This document shows positions 55,269 through 64,000 of a DNA stretch of 64,000 nucleotides, in pieces. The translations under genes were made by a program, and so were the position numbers. The first letter of the stretch is position 1, and each line of letters begins with the position of its first letter. A model generated the notes under the pieces. It was not told the DNA's origin. It ran no database searches and saw only the letters and a list, made by a program, of their open reading frames with translations. This DNA comes from a virus: the IMG/VR virus record IMGVR_UViG_3300010371_000034, positions 14,778-78,777 of that record. One strand, given 5' to 3'.

Positions 55269-56435
55269 CTATGATTGTAATACCCAGGTTAATTTTGTCT
55301 TAGCTCTTGAAGCAGCTGTATAATTCCACCTTGTCGAGGACCATAGATCGCACCGCTGCTCGAGCACCAGCACGCTGCTCCACTCGTCGCCCTGCGCCTT
55401 GTGCGCGGTGATGCAGTACCCAAAATCGAACGGCACCTTCTCGCGGTTGAACGGTGGTTTCTTCTCGCTGCCGAATGCCAGCTTGCTGTATGGTATCTTC
55501 TTGGTGGCGACGCCGACGTCGTCAATCACCCTCAGCGAATACTCGTTGATGAAGTCCACGACCCCCATCATCCCGTTGAACACCCCGTGCTCCCTGCTGT
55601 TCTGCAAGCATATCACGCGATCGCCCACCATCGGCCGGTTGTCCGGCCTTCCCAGGTATTGCCGCACGCTGGTGTTGAGCTGCACCCGCGTCTTGTTGAA
55701 GGCGCAGATGATCTGCTCCGCGTCGGTGATGGTGTCGGACTTGCTCAGCTGCTCCACGGTTATGATGCTGACCTTGCCGTCGGGGTTGCACTGCCAGTCG
55801 CTGGCCAAGCCGCCGTTGCGCAGGTGGCTGGCGAAGTGAGCTATCTCCCCGGCGTTGCGGTGGATCGTCTCAAGCACGATCTGCGGGTTGCCCATCAGGT
55901 TGAAGTCATCGCTTCCAACCGGCTCCAGCTGTCCGTGGTCCCCGACGAATATCAGCGGCACGTCGAACGTGAGCAAGTCCTCGTACACTTGCCTGCCCAC
56001 CATCGACGCCTCGTCCACGATGATGCCCTTGACGAACAGCTCGTGCTTCGAGCGCTTGACAAACTTCACATCATCATTGCATTCGTTTCCTTGATATCCG
56101 CAGTTGTAGCAGCTGTACTTGTAGCCTACCCTATGATTTGGGTTGACAAACTCCAGGCACATCTCGTAGCACCTCGGACACGAGCTGACAGGCTTGTATA
56201 TCAGCGAGTGGATGGTCGACGCCTGCTCGACCCCCTTGCGCCTGAGCACGTTGGCGGCCTTGCCGGTGAAGGCGCAGACCGCGAACCCAGGCAGCATGTT
56301 CAACAGTGAACGGATGATGGTGGTTTTTCCGACTCCAGCCAGTCCGCCAAGCGTTGCTACGTCATGCCGCAGCGACGCCAGCGTATCCACAGCCGCCCGC
56401 TGCTCGTCGGTAAGTTCGATACAGGTTTCGGTCAT
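55269..56435 (-). CDS. RecD/Dda-like SF1B helicase
   Basis: GLAGVGKT, AFTGKAA, TIHSLIY, IVDEASM, GD..QL.PV, FNG..G, YCITAHKAQG.EW, YTA.SRA. Confidence 0.9.
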   Translation of the reverse strand: MTETCIELTDEQRAAVDTLASLRHDVATLGGLAGVGKTTIIRSLLNMLPGFAVCAFTGKAANVLRRKGVEQASTIHSLIYKPVSSCPRCYEMCLEFVNPNHRVGYKYSCYNCGYQGNECNDDVKFVKRSKHELFVKGIIVDEASMVGRQVYEDLLTFDVPLIFVGDHGQLEPVGSDDFNLMGNPQIVLETIHRNAGEIAHFASHLRNGGLASDWQCNPDGKVSIITVEQLSKSDTITDAEQIICAFNKTRVQLNTSVRQYLGRPDNRPMVGDRVICLQNSREHGVFNGMMGVVDFINEYSLRVIDDVGVATKKIPYSKLAFGSEKKPPFNREKVPFDFGYCITAHKAQGDEWSSVLVLEQRCDLWSSTRWNYTAASRAKTKLTWVLQS

Positions 56436-56749
56436 ACTTCCCTCCTGTCCGCCCATTCCTCCGCGTCCGCGTGCTCGCACCCATCCATCACCAGAGCCTG
56501 CACGACGGCCTCCCGCTTGGCAGGGCTATCCCTGCACTCGGACCTTATCTGGTCATAGGTCGCGCCGAGCTTCAACGCGGCCTTGGACGGCTTGTCAAGG
56601 GCTACCTGCAACGCCTCGATGGCCGAATCCAGGTCATGTCCTTCGTACCAGCCGCACACCGGGCATATCCACGGGCCGTATTGAATGCCCACGCCGATGT
56701 CTACCTCGTCCCGGTAGCAGTCAGAGAAATCGCAGTTAGGGCAATTCAT
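56432..56749 (-). CDS. Zn-ribbon protein
   Basis: CPNC....VDIGVG...GP..CP.CGW. Confidence 0.6.
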   Translation of the reverse strand: MNCPNCDFSDCYRDEVDIGVGIQYGPWICPVCGWYEGHDLDSAIEALQVALDKPSKAALKLGATYDQIRSECRDSPAKREAVVQALVMDGCEHADAEEWADRREV

Positions 56750-56928
56750 TTCTTACCGCCTTTCTTCGGTTTGCTCGATAAATGCCACCCATCGCAGAAC
56801 CGGCACTTGTACGTCCTGTGGCTGAGGTTTGCCTTTTGCGCCTCTGCTTGCGTGGCAAACTTGACCTTGCTGCGGCATTCGCTGAACTCTATCATCTGCT
56901 GTGGTCGGTAGCATATGGGATCGCTCAT
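56746..56928 (-). CDS. small Zn-finger protein
   Basis: C..KV.F.T..EA....Y.C.FC.GWHLS. Confidence 0.6.
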   Translation of the reverse strand: MSDPICYRPQQMIEFSECRSKVKFATQAEAQKANLSHRTYKCRFCDGWHLSSKPKKGGKK

Positions 56929-57461
56929 TGCGTCAACTCCGATGCCGCGGCGCTGATCGCCGCGATGACCCGACGAACCGCCATGTCCTGTTGCGCCGCG
57001 GGCATCCGCAGCACCGCGGCCGGGTGGACGATGTCCACGTACTCTGCCAGGTTGCCGGCGTCGGCGTGGGCCACCGCCAGCTTGCCTACCCTGACAATCA
57101 GCCTGGGCTTGGCGATGGCGATGAACTGCTCAAGCCTTGGCCTGCACGCCTCGACCTCCGCCGGCGCCGGCTCGTTGGCGCCCGCCGCCTTGGCCTCTGC
57201 GGGGTAGCAAGCCACAAGGTTTGTGTAGGCAACCCTCAAGCCGCCCGGCACCGACCGCTCGACGATCTGGTCCAGCAGGTGGCCTGCCGGGCCGACGAAG
57301 GGCACGCCCAGGGAGTCCTCGCTGCTGCCGGGCGCCTCTCCGATGAACAGCACGTCGCAGGGCACATCACCCCTGCCCAGCACGATCCGACCCCGCTGGA
57401 ACGCCAGCGGACAGCACATGCAGCCCTTCCAGGTCTCGACGTGTTGCTCCAGGGGGGTCAT
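56925..57461 (-). CDS. uracil-DNA glycosylase family 4
   Basis: C..CPL, FIGEAPG..ED..G.PFVGPAG, TNLV.C.P, C...L, HPAA.LR. Confidence 0.92.
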   Translation of the reverse strand: MTPLEQHVETWKGCMCCPLAFQRGRIVLGRGDVPCDVLFIGEAPGSSEDSLGVPFVGPAGHLLDQIVERSVPGGLRVAYTNLVACYPAEAKAAGANEPAPAEVEACRPRLEQFIAIAKPRLIVRVGKLAVAHADAGNLAEYVDIVHPAAVLRMPAAQQDMAVRRVIAAISAAASELTQ

Positions 57462-57840
57462 CTGTTCGCCTCCACCGTTTCCCCGTCCGCCCCGCAGTTG
57501 CCGCAGTGGTATCTCCACCTGCCCGGCTCCGCAAGGCGCTCCTGCATCCGCTCCCCGCAGACCACGCACCTGGGCCACCCACCGTCGCCCCCGTTGTCCT
57601 CTTCCCCGCGGCGGCAGCGGCGCGGTTGCTGCCGGTCCTCCAGCATCGCCCGGACGTACTGCCTGGTCACCTTACTGACCACCCACTTGCGCAGGTCGAC
57701 GGAGTGCGGGCCGGCTGGGGATTGCACCGCGATGAACGGCAGGCTGACGGCCAGAACCTTGACCGGCACGCCGCTGTAGTCGCCTCCGGACTCGTCCACC
57801 CCGTCCAGCCGACCGCTGACGACCACCCACATGCCGGCGC

Positions 57841-58200
57841 TCACGTCGTCTTGGAGCATCGCTTGTTCCTCCCCAGCCATTGTACCACGTCCGCCGGCAG
57901 CTCGGCCAGCGTCGGGCAGTCCATCACCCACTTGTTGGGGCATCGCTGCCACAGCCACTCGGCGTCCTTGACCGCCTGCTCCGGGCTGTCGCATCTAGCG
58001 ACCACCAGCGTGCTCGGCCGGTGGGTGATGGTCACCGGCTTGCGGTTGCCGTCCCAGGTGCCGTGGACCGCCAGAGCACCATAGACCCAGCCGTCGACCG
58101 CGACCACGTTGCCCGCCGGCCTGCGCCACACCAGCGTCCGCTCCTCCCAGGTGAGCAGCACGGTCCGCGGAGCGACCAGGGTTATCGGTATCAGCGGCAT
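57841..58200 (-). CDS. hypothetical protein (MPLIP...)
   Basis: AAGGAG RBS. Confidence 0.55.
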   Translation of the reverse strand: MPLIPITLVAPRTVLLTWEERTLVWRRPAGNVVAVDGWVYGALAVHGTWDGNRKPVTITHRPSTLVVARCDSPEQAVKDAEWLWQRCPNKWVMDCPTLAELPADVVQWLGRNKRCSKTT

Positions 58201-58203
58201 AGT

Positions 58204-58633
58204 TCACTCCTTGCGCTTGAGGTTCAGCGGGCTGGGCTGAAAGTGCGAGTGGTCCACCGACCTCGCCGTGCTGAACACCGCGGGGTTCAGCGCCTTCTTG
58301 CCGGCGACCTCGACCGTCAGCACGTCGCTGTAGATGATCCTGATCCAGTTTGTGCCCTTCCAGACGTACAGCTCGGTCTGCCGCTGGCCGACGGAGCAGT
58401 CGTGGCTGCGGACCAGGTCGCACACCAGCGCGGCCTCCAGCAGCGGGCAGCAGAACTCGACGGCCGGGATGTCACGGTGCCGCTGGAGCTCGCCCCCTAC
58501 CCACCCTAAACATCTTGGAGAAGTCCAGGCGGGACTTGCCCTCGCTGTCGTACAGCAGGCCCCTGCGTATGTCGTCGGGCATCCGCTCTACGTCGTCCAG
58601 GAACATCGCCAGCTTGTAGCCAATGTCATCCAT
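58204..58633 (-). pseudogene. hypothetical gene with +1 frameshift near 58500
   Basis: MDDIGYKLAMFL... joins the 58204-58425 frame if one G is removed from AGGGTGGGTAGGGGG. Confidence 0.45.
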
Positions 58634-58940
58634 CGGACTGATTCTCTCCATACTCCTGCTCCATCTTGTGGTCGCATGCCTCGCACATATCGGCTGTGGG
58701 CGGCGTCTCGGCGCCGCAATAGATACACCGCTGCACGCAGTGCCGGCAATCAGTGGTGAGTTGCTGGCCGATCTGCTGCCACACCATCGCGCCCCACATC
58801 ACCGTCGCTCGACGAGCGAGCAGCGCGATCTCGGAACATATCAGGGCGACCGGCGCCTGCAGTTCGATCAATTTGACCAGCCGCTTGGCAGACGCGAGGA
58901 ACACGGGCAATACGTCGGCCTCCACTTTGGTGTTGTTCAT
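58626..58940 (-). CDS. hypothetical Cys-rich protein (MNNTKV...)
   Basis: ATGA overlap with RuvC stop. Confidence 0.5.
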   Translation of the reverse strand: MNNTKVEADVLPVFLASAKRLVKLIELQAPVALICSEIALLARRATVMWGAMVWQQIGQQLTTDCRHCVQRCIYCGAETPPTADMCEACDHKMEQEYGENQSDG

Positions 58941-59464
58941 CTGACGCCTCCGTATTTCCTGCGGCAGTATTCCGCCATCAGCAGCGCGTCCGCCGTCTTC
59001 TTGGTCACCTTGATACTTGGAAACAGCTCGACCGCCGCCTGCTTGAGCCGGTTCTTCCACCTGGTCGTGTCCTCGCCCGCCCTGCGCTTCTCGATCCCCA
59101 GCGCCCGCTGCCACTGGTGGGGCGGCACGGTCTCGTAGGAGATGCCGGCAGCGGTCAGGGCCATCCGCAGCGCCCCGTAGCTCGCGCCAAACTTGAACAT
59201 GCTGGAGCCGGTGTTGCCCTCGCCTCCGACGTAGCCGGTCACCTGCTCGATGCAGGCGACGATGCCGGCGGGTTCGGTGTACGCCGACGCCCTCAGCTTG
59301 AGTGACTGGACCAGCTCCCACACTCCAAACTCGGATGCGGGCATCGCGTGGGCGTCCGCAGACGATCCATCGATCACCGCCACTCCCCCGCTGGCTCCTG
59401 GGTCGATGCCCATGAACAGCAGCGGGCGGTGTTGAACGGTCGGCATTGATTGTATGATCGGCAT
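58937..59464 (-). CDS. RuvC-like Holliday junction resolvase
   Basis: GIDPGASGG, CIEQV, FKFG.SYG, V.P..WQ, ADALLMA. Confidence 0.88.
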   Translation of the reverse strand: MPIIQSMPTVQHRPLLFMGIDPGASGGVAVIDGSSADAHAMPASEFGVWELVQSLKLRASAYTEPAGIVACIEQVTGYVGGEGNTGSSMFKFGASYGALRMALTAAGISYETVPPHQWQRALGIEKRRAGEDTTRWKNRLKQAAVELFPSIKVTKKTADALLMAEYCRRKYGGVR

Positions 59465-59467
59465 CGC

Positions 59468-59914
59468 TCAGCGCCTCTCGTTGGGCTTGGTGCTCGGCGT
59501 GACCACCGGGATGGTCTTGGGGTCGACGTAGATGCTCCGGAGCGGCACGCCGTTGGCGGCGGGCTTGTCATTCGCCGATTTCTTGTGCTCGCGCTCGCTA
59601 ATCAGCCTGGCCAGGTCCTCCGGCGCCTGCTCGCCCAGCTTGTTGTACAGGGCGACGATCGCCCTGCCCAGGATCAGCACGTTCTCCTTCGCCTTGACAT
59701 TGGAGTTGGCCCTCGCCTTCTCCAGCTTGATCCCCACGGCGTCCAACACGTTCTGCGCAGCGAAGTTGCTGACCCGCGGGCCGTTCATCTTGTTGGTCAG
59801 GAACCTCGCAGCGGTCCTGTAGCTGGTGCAGATGCTCACCATCTCTTCGCGGTGGTTGCGAGCGCACTCGCACGCCTGGAAAAACTCGATGTGGGTCAGT
59901 TGCTTGGCTGCCAT
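59468..59914 (-). CDS. hypothetical protein (MAAKQLTH...)
   Basis: CTTACGAAAGG leader/RBS. Confidence 0.55.
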   Translation of the reverse strand: MAAKQLTHIEFFQACECARNHREEMVSICTSYRTAARFLTNKMNGPRVSNFAAQNVLDAVGIKLEKARANSNVKAKENVLILGRAIVALYNKLGEQAPEDLARLISEREHKKSANDKPAANGVPLRSIYVDPKTIPVVTPSTKPNERR

Positions 59915-59963
59915 GACTGTGGTACCTTTCGTAAGTAATAGTTGCGGGCGACGTTGGTTGCTA

Positions 59964-60275
59964 CTAAGCATTCCTCTCCATGCTGCGTAGGTGGTCGCAG
60001 TCAAAGTCGTCTCCATAGGTGATCTGCTGCTCCCGCTCCCTGTCCAGCCGCTCCTGCCCGATGGTGCTCGCGGGCACCGCCACCACGGTGATCCGGTCGC
60101 CCATGTCGGCCACCGAGGCGTGGAACCTGCGATCCTTGGCCGCGGTCCGCACCTGCTGGCACATGCTGGACTGCGAGCAGTCGTAATGCTCCCCGGCCAC
60201 CAAGGTGAACCGGACGCGGCGGTCGGCGCCGGGGTCGGCCCCGAACCACTCGTCCCACAGGTATGTCTTGCGCAT
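59964..60275 (-). CDS. small putative DNA-binding protein, paralog of 45746-46123
   Basis: Y.WDEWF...L..GEHY......QVR.AA..R pattern; AAGGAG RBS. Confidence 0.6.
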   Translation of the reverse strand: MRKTYLWDEWFGADPGADRRVRFTLVAGEHYDCSQSSMCQQVRTAAKDRRFHASVADMGDRITVVAVPASTIGQERLDREREQQITYGDDFDCDHLRSMERNA

Positions 60276-60379
60276 GGTCTTCTCCTTTTCCGATTGTAAC
60301 CGATCCCCGCTTGGGCGGTCGGCGGACCAGCAAAAATTAAATCAATCCCTGCTGGATCAGATCGAGACGATTCGGATTA

Positions 60380-60658
60380 TCAGCGTTTGTTTTTGCGCCG
60401 CGCCAATTCATTTTCCAAGACTTTGGTGGGGATGGCCTTGAGTTCGCTCGCGGCCCGCTGCGCGGCTTCCGCCGACTTAAATTCTCGGCGGGTCGGGTCG
60501 CCCTCGATTTCGTACCATTCCTTGTTCTTTTCGCGTCCGCAATAGCTGGAGAATTGCTTACATACCACGTTTGGGTATTCCCTTGATCGTCCGGTGTAGA
60601 CGATCGCCCCATTGCCCGTGTCGTGTCCGCCGTTGAATTCAAAACTCTTGTGCGCCAT
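60380..60658 (-). CDS. hypothetical early protein
   Basis: GAGGAG RBS downstream of promoter. Confidence 0.55.
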   Translation of the reverse strand: MAHKSFEFNGGHDTGNGAIVYTGRSREYPNVVCKQFSSYCGREKNKEWYEIEGDPTRREFKSAEAAQRAASELKAIPTKVLENELARRKNKR

Positions 60659-60749
60659 TGTCGTATCTCCTCAGGGATCATCAATCCCTAAATCCACCCT
60701 GTTGTACGCCAGGGTAGGAGCGTTTGTCAGGCATCCACCCGACATTCTT

Positions 60750-60778
60750 ATAATAATCTATTCTGTCGGCCGTGTCAA
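60750..60778 (-). promoter_or_regulatory. promoter TTGACA-N17-TATTAT
   Basis: consensus -35; shares a 23-bp block with the 62574 promoter. Confidence 0.7.
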
Positions 60779-61584
60779 GAGCAATCCGCGAAAAAGTTCC
60801 AAAAATTTTCCCGTCCCGGTCCTTTTCCTTGAGAGGAAATCGGGTATATTCAAATTGCGCCCCACGTATCCCGAAGCTTCGTTGGCTGGTCAACAAGCGT
60901 GTAGGGGGTTGGGGGCACTCCGGGGTGAAACTCCCTGGTTACAGCGCCGTGGCTATGAATACTCGTTGTGAAGTCAACAGGCAGTAACACGGCAGACCAG
61001 CTGGCACGCTGGCAGGGCCAGTTCTAGGAGTCGCTCCGTTCTCCTAGACAACAGACAGGTCCGGTGGTCCTGCGGGGCATATGAGCGCTGTACTGGTTGG
61101 GGGTAGTTCCCTTCCAGTCGGGAGTGGTGGCTACGGCTATCCAAAGGTGGGAACCAGCGCTATATAGGGCTACCTGACGATATACCCCATATCTATATAG
61201 TGCTCTCCTATAGCGCACTATATGGGGGAATCAGAAGGGAAGGCGGGGGCTCCGTACATAGGGTATAGTAGGAGATAGTAACGTGGGACTCAAGTAGTGC
61301 AGCATCTGCAACCGACGTGCAAAGGTTATCCACCATCTCGACTATTTGGAGGCGACGTTGCTTGGCAACGTCTTCAACGGCCTTGTGCCTCTATGCCGTG
61401 AGTGCCACGACGATGTCGAGATGAATGGCAACACCAAGCGCAGCTTCCAGCAGGCGCGTCAAGCCTATCTTCTTCGTAAGCAATCGACCACTAGCGCAAC
61501 AACACCAGCTAGTTGACTCCAGGCTTACAACTGGCCGGCAACGTGCCGGGCCGCATTACGGGGCTGGGCGCTCCGTGCTCTGCG

Positions 61585-61806
61585 TTACGCCACCGGCCCT
61601 ATCCACACCAGTATATGGCTCGGTTTCCGATCCACCAGCCCGGCGCGAACCAGTGTACCGATGATCCCCTCATATGCCTCTAGCGTCATGTACGGCATGA
61701 GCCTGGCGTACAGTTCCCCGCTGGGAACCTCCTTTAGCCCCCGGATGGCCTCGGCCACCGCTGCCGTAGCTTTTATGGCGGCGCTGACCTGTTGCTTGGT
61801 AGGCAT
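61585..61806 (-). CDS. small winged-helix-like protein (MPTKQQ...)
   Basis: CTTACGAAAGG leader; VPSG.LYA.LM...L..Y..II..L...GLV. Confidence 0.55.
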   Translation of the reverse strand: MPTKQQVSAAIKATAAVAEAIRGLKEVPSGELYARLMPYMTLEAYEGIIGTLVRAGLVDRKPSHILVWIGPVA

Positions 61807-61835
61807 GGTACTGGTCCTTTCGTAAGTGATGGGTA

Positions 61836-62117
61836 TTACAGTGACGCCACCGCGTTGAGCACCGAAGTCTTGGTCGTCGCTTTCAATACGCGCGCCGGTT
61901 GCTTGCGCAGTTGCCCGAACCCAAGTAATGATTGTTCGTTCATTTCCTTGGTGGGGTCGTCCTCCCAGGATACTAGGACGAAGGACGCGACGCCACTCCA
62001 CGGCTCGCCGTCCTTCTTCATTGCATCCATTAGGTTATCCCACGCCGCCACCGGCGTGTCGCCGATGCCGTAGTGCCCGTAATACTTGTACTGCACTAGT
62101 GCCTTGTACTTGGTCAT
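61836..62117 (-). CDS. hypothetical early protein (MTKYKAL...)
   Basis: CTTACGAAAGG leader. Confidence 0.55.
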   Translation of the reverse strand: MTKYKALVQYKYYGHYGIGDTPVAAWDNLMDAMKKDGEPWSGVASFVLVSWEDDPTKEMNEQSLLGFGQLRKQPARVLKATTKTSVLNAVASL

Positions 62118-62197
62118 GTCAGTTCCTTTCGTAAGTGATGGTATAGACGACCGCTGGCGGCGATGGCCCCGCGTGGGGGCCAATCACCAGGAGTCGG

Positions 62198-62521
62198 CTA
62201 GCACTCACCTAAGACATCCCTTGCCGCTTCCTCTAACTTGCTGTCCTCGTCAGCCTTGCAGGTGCCAGCTATCGACGCGTGGTTGAGCAGCTGCTGGCGG
62301 ACGTTGCCGTATTGCGCCAGCTTGTGTGACGGTCCGACCGGATTGCCGTGTAGTATGGTCGCTACATCGGCGCGGAGTTGCTTAGCCATAGGTCCATAGA
62401 TCACGTCAAGCATCCGTTGCGAGTGTCTGGTGCTGTTCGACCATATCAGTTGCACGGCCTTGCGAAGCCGGGCATCGTTGGCCGCCTGCGCTACCGGGTT
62501 GCGTTCAGTGGAGGTCATCAT
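62198..62521 (-). CDS. hypothetical early protein
   Basis: GAAAGG RBS downstream of promoter. Confidence 0.55.
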   Translation of the reverse strand: MMTSTERNPVAQAANDARLRKAVQLIWSNSTRHSQRMLDVIYGPMAKQLRADVATILHGNPVGPSHKLAQYGNVRQQLLNHASIAGTCKADEDSKLEEAARDVLGEC

Positions 62522-62573
62522 CGCGCCCTTTCATGGTAAGATGGTTCGTTCGTTTCATTCACCCGACATTCTT

Positions 62574-62687
62574 ATAATAATCCCCCGCCCGCTGAATTGC
62601 AATAGCAATTTCGCGAAAACCCCGGAAAAAGTTTTTTCGTAAAAAATTGCGGATTGGCCTTGCACGGGCGGCGAAAAAGATTATTAT
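62574..62687. promoter_or_regulatory. divergent promoter pair: (-) TTGCAA-N17-TATTAT 62602-62574 and (+) TTGCAC-N16-TATTAT 62660-62687
   Basis: gene orientation switches here; both followed by AAG. Confidence 0.65.
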
Positions 62688-62737
62688 AAGATTATCGAAA
62701 CGCGACCCCCTACTTACGAAAGGACCACCCCATACCA

Positions 62738-63343
62738 GTGACCAAGCAGTTCATCCTCGCGGGCGATGCTACCTTCACCATCGATACCCCGGCCGACGGC
62801 CATCGGACGTTCCGGGTCCGCTACAACGAGGCATCCGAGCGCTGGCCGGAGTGCTGGTTCGTGTCGATGCTGACCGGCAGCGACAACGAGTCAGACTACT
62901 CCTACCTGGGCAAGCTGGACCGGTTCACCGGACAGCTGGTGCTGACCGCCAAGTCCAAGCTGCCGGCAGACTCCCATGCTGTCCGCCTGCTCAACCGGGT
63001 GCTGGCGCGGGTGTGGACCGGCGACCACGCCGCCTACGAGCATCATGGGTTTATCACCCACCACGAGGGCCGATGCGGTCGCTGCGGTCGTAAACTGACC
63101 GTGCCCAGCAGCATCGAGTCGGGCATCGGGCCTGAGTGTGCCAAGCAGATGGCCGGTGAGTTGCTCGAACCGCCCGCCGAGGAAGATTTCACCCTGGCCA
63201 TCCAAAAGCGAGAGCGCGACGAGGAAGAGGCTAGGTGTCGCTACAAGATGGAACGAGACGAGGCGCGCAAGCAGGAGGTCGCGAAGATGGTGCGCGATCC
63301 CAACTGCTCAGACGAAGCCATCCTGACGGCCATCCGAAGATAG
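62738..63343 (+). CDS. DUF6011-like Zn-finger phage protein
   Basis: HEGRCGRCGRKLT.P.SI..GIGP.C. Confidence 0.7.
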   Translation: MTKQFILAGDATFTIDTPADGHRTFRVRYNEASERWPECWFVSMLTGSDNESDYSYLGKLDRFTGQLVLTAKSKLPADSHAVRLLNRVLARVWTGDHAAYEHHGFITHHEGRCGRCGRKLTVPSSIESGIGPECAKQMAGELLEPPAEEDFTLAIQKRERDEEEARCRYKMERDEARKQEVAKMVRDPNCSDEAILTAIRR

Positions 63344-63426
63344 ACGACCCCTCCCTCACCCCAGGTGCTCGCTCACTGGGGGATGGGAGCGGCCGTCCGA
63401 TTCCTAACTTACAAAAGGAGACAGTC

Positions 63427-64000
63427 ATGTACCCCACCACATTCAATCACCAAGTGCTAGACTCGTGGCTCGACAAGGGGCTATGTCATGGACCTGGCGA
63501 CGGCAAGAACACTGTCTGCGTCGAGCAGGCCATCGCATTGTCGCTGGGCTTCGACTTGACTGACACGCCGGAGGACGACGAGCGCAGTTGCATCGCGTCA
63601 TCTGTGGCCTCGTACAAGCGCGCTCTCAACGATTGCGATTGGTCCTCGCCTGCGGCGCGGGCATCAGGGATGCGCGAGCTGGCATATGAGCAGCTGGGCA
63701 GCAGAGATATCGACGAAAAGTGGTTCACTAGGTGTTTGGCCGAGCTGACCATTCGGAAATTGCTGCCAAAATTATTCCGCCAAATATCTGAGACCACCGA
63801 GGAACCGCACAAATCTGCTCTACTCAGACATGCTGACGAGTGCGAGAAGTATGGCACTCAGAAGGCGGCGAAGAGGGCGGCGGCATGGGCGGCGGAGAGG
63901 GCGGAGAGGACGGCGGCATGGGCGACGGAGAGGGCGGAGAGGACGGCGGCGGCGGTGGCGGAGGCGGCTCGCTGGGCGGCGGCGGCGAAGAAGGCGGAGG
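63427..64000 (+). CDS. hypothetical protein with Ala-rich repeats, truncated by window end (MYPTTFNH...)
   Basis: AAAGGAG RBS; open frame to 64000; AAWAAERAERT repeats. Confidence 0.65.
   Translation, partial: MYPTTFNHQVLDSWLDKGLCHGPGDGKNTVCVEQAIALSLGFDLTDTPEDDERSCIASSVASYKRALNDCDWSSPAARASGMRELAYEQLGSRDIDEKWFTRCLAELTIRKLLPKLFRQISETTEEPHKSALLRHADECEKYGTQKAAKRAAAWAAERAERTAAWATERAERTAAAVAEAARWAAAAKKAE

Noticed and set aside
58490-58510. Programmed frameshift
   Set aside because: G-run context with no stimulatory element; assembly error or mutation is simpler
63860-64000. GGCGGC-rich tandem repeats as a non-coding repeat element
   Set aside because: They encode Ala-rich repeats of the ORF starting at 63427
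1-64000. Integrase, att sites or host flanking genes
   Set aside because: None recognisable; lifestyle and prophage status cannot be determined from this window

Overview
The window is a ~63% GC segment of a tailed dsDNA phage (HK97-type head, probably siphovirus-like). Gene style tentatively suggests a Planctomycetota host, which is inference only. Almost everything from 1 to 62.5 kb is on the minus strand. From left to right it carries tail/neck genes, two tandem HK97-fold capsid genes, a 1190-aa prohead-protease polyprotein, a sigma-70 factor, MuF, accessory virion genes, an intein-containing portal with enzymatic C-terminal domains and a two-gene terminase with a class 3 intein. These are followed by a replication/recombination module (helicase, two DNA MTases, primase, PolA, SSB-like, AAA, split exonuclease, RecD-like, UDG, RuvC) and an early region with divergent promoters near 62.6 kb. 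The most notable observations are: (1) head-assembly proteins carrying Lys-delimited cargo modules that resemble stringent-response effectors (three RMF-like modules in the protease; HAD and RelA/SpoT-like domains on the portal; an adjacent TraR/DksA-type zinc finger); (2) a shared N-terminal M-P-x-I-P peptide on about ten unrelated replication-module proteins, encoded by varied codons; (3) an ORF-less group I intron hidden in the tail-tube gene; (4) a covarying pseudoknotted RNA motif directly upstream of both HNH genes. All calls come from motif recognition by eye; no searches were run.
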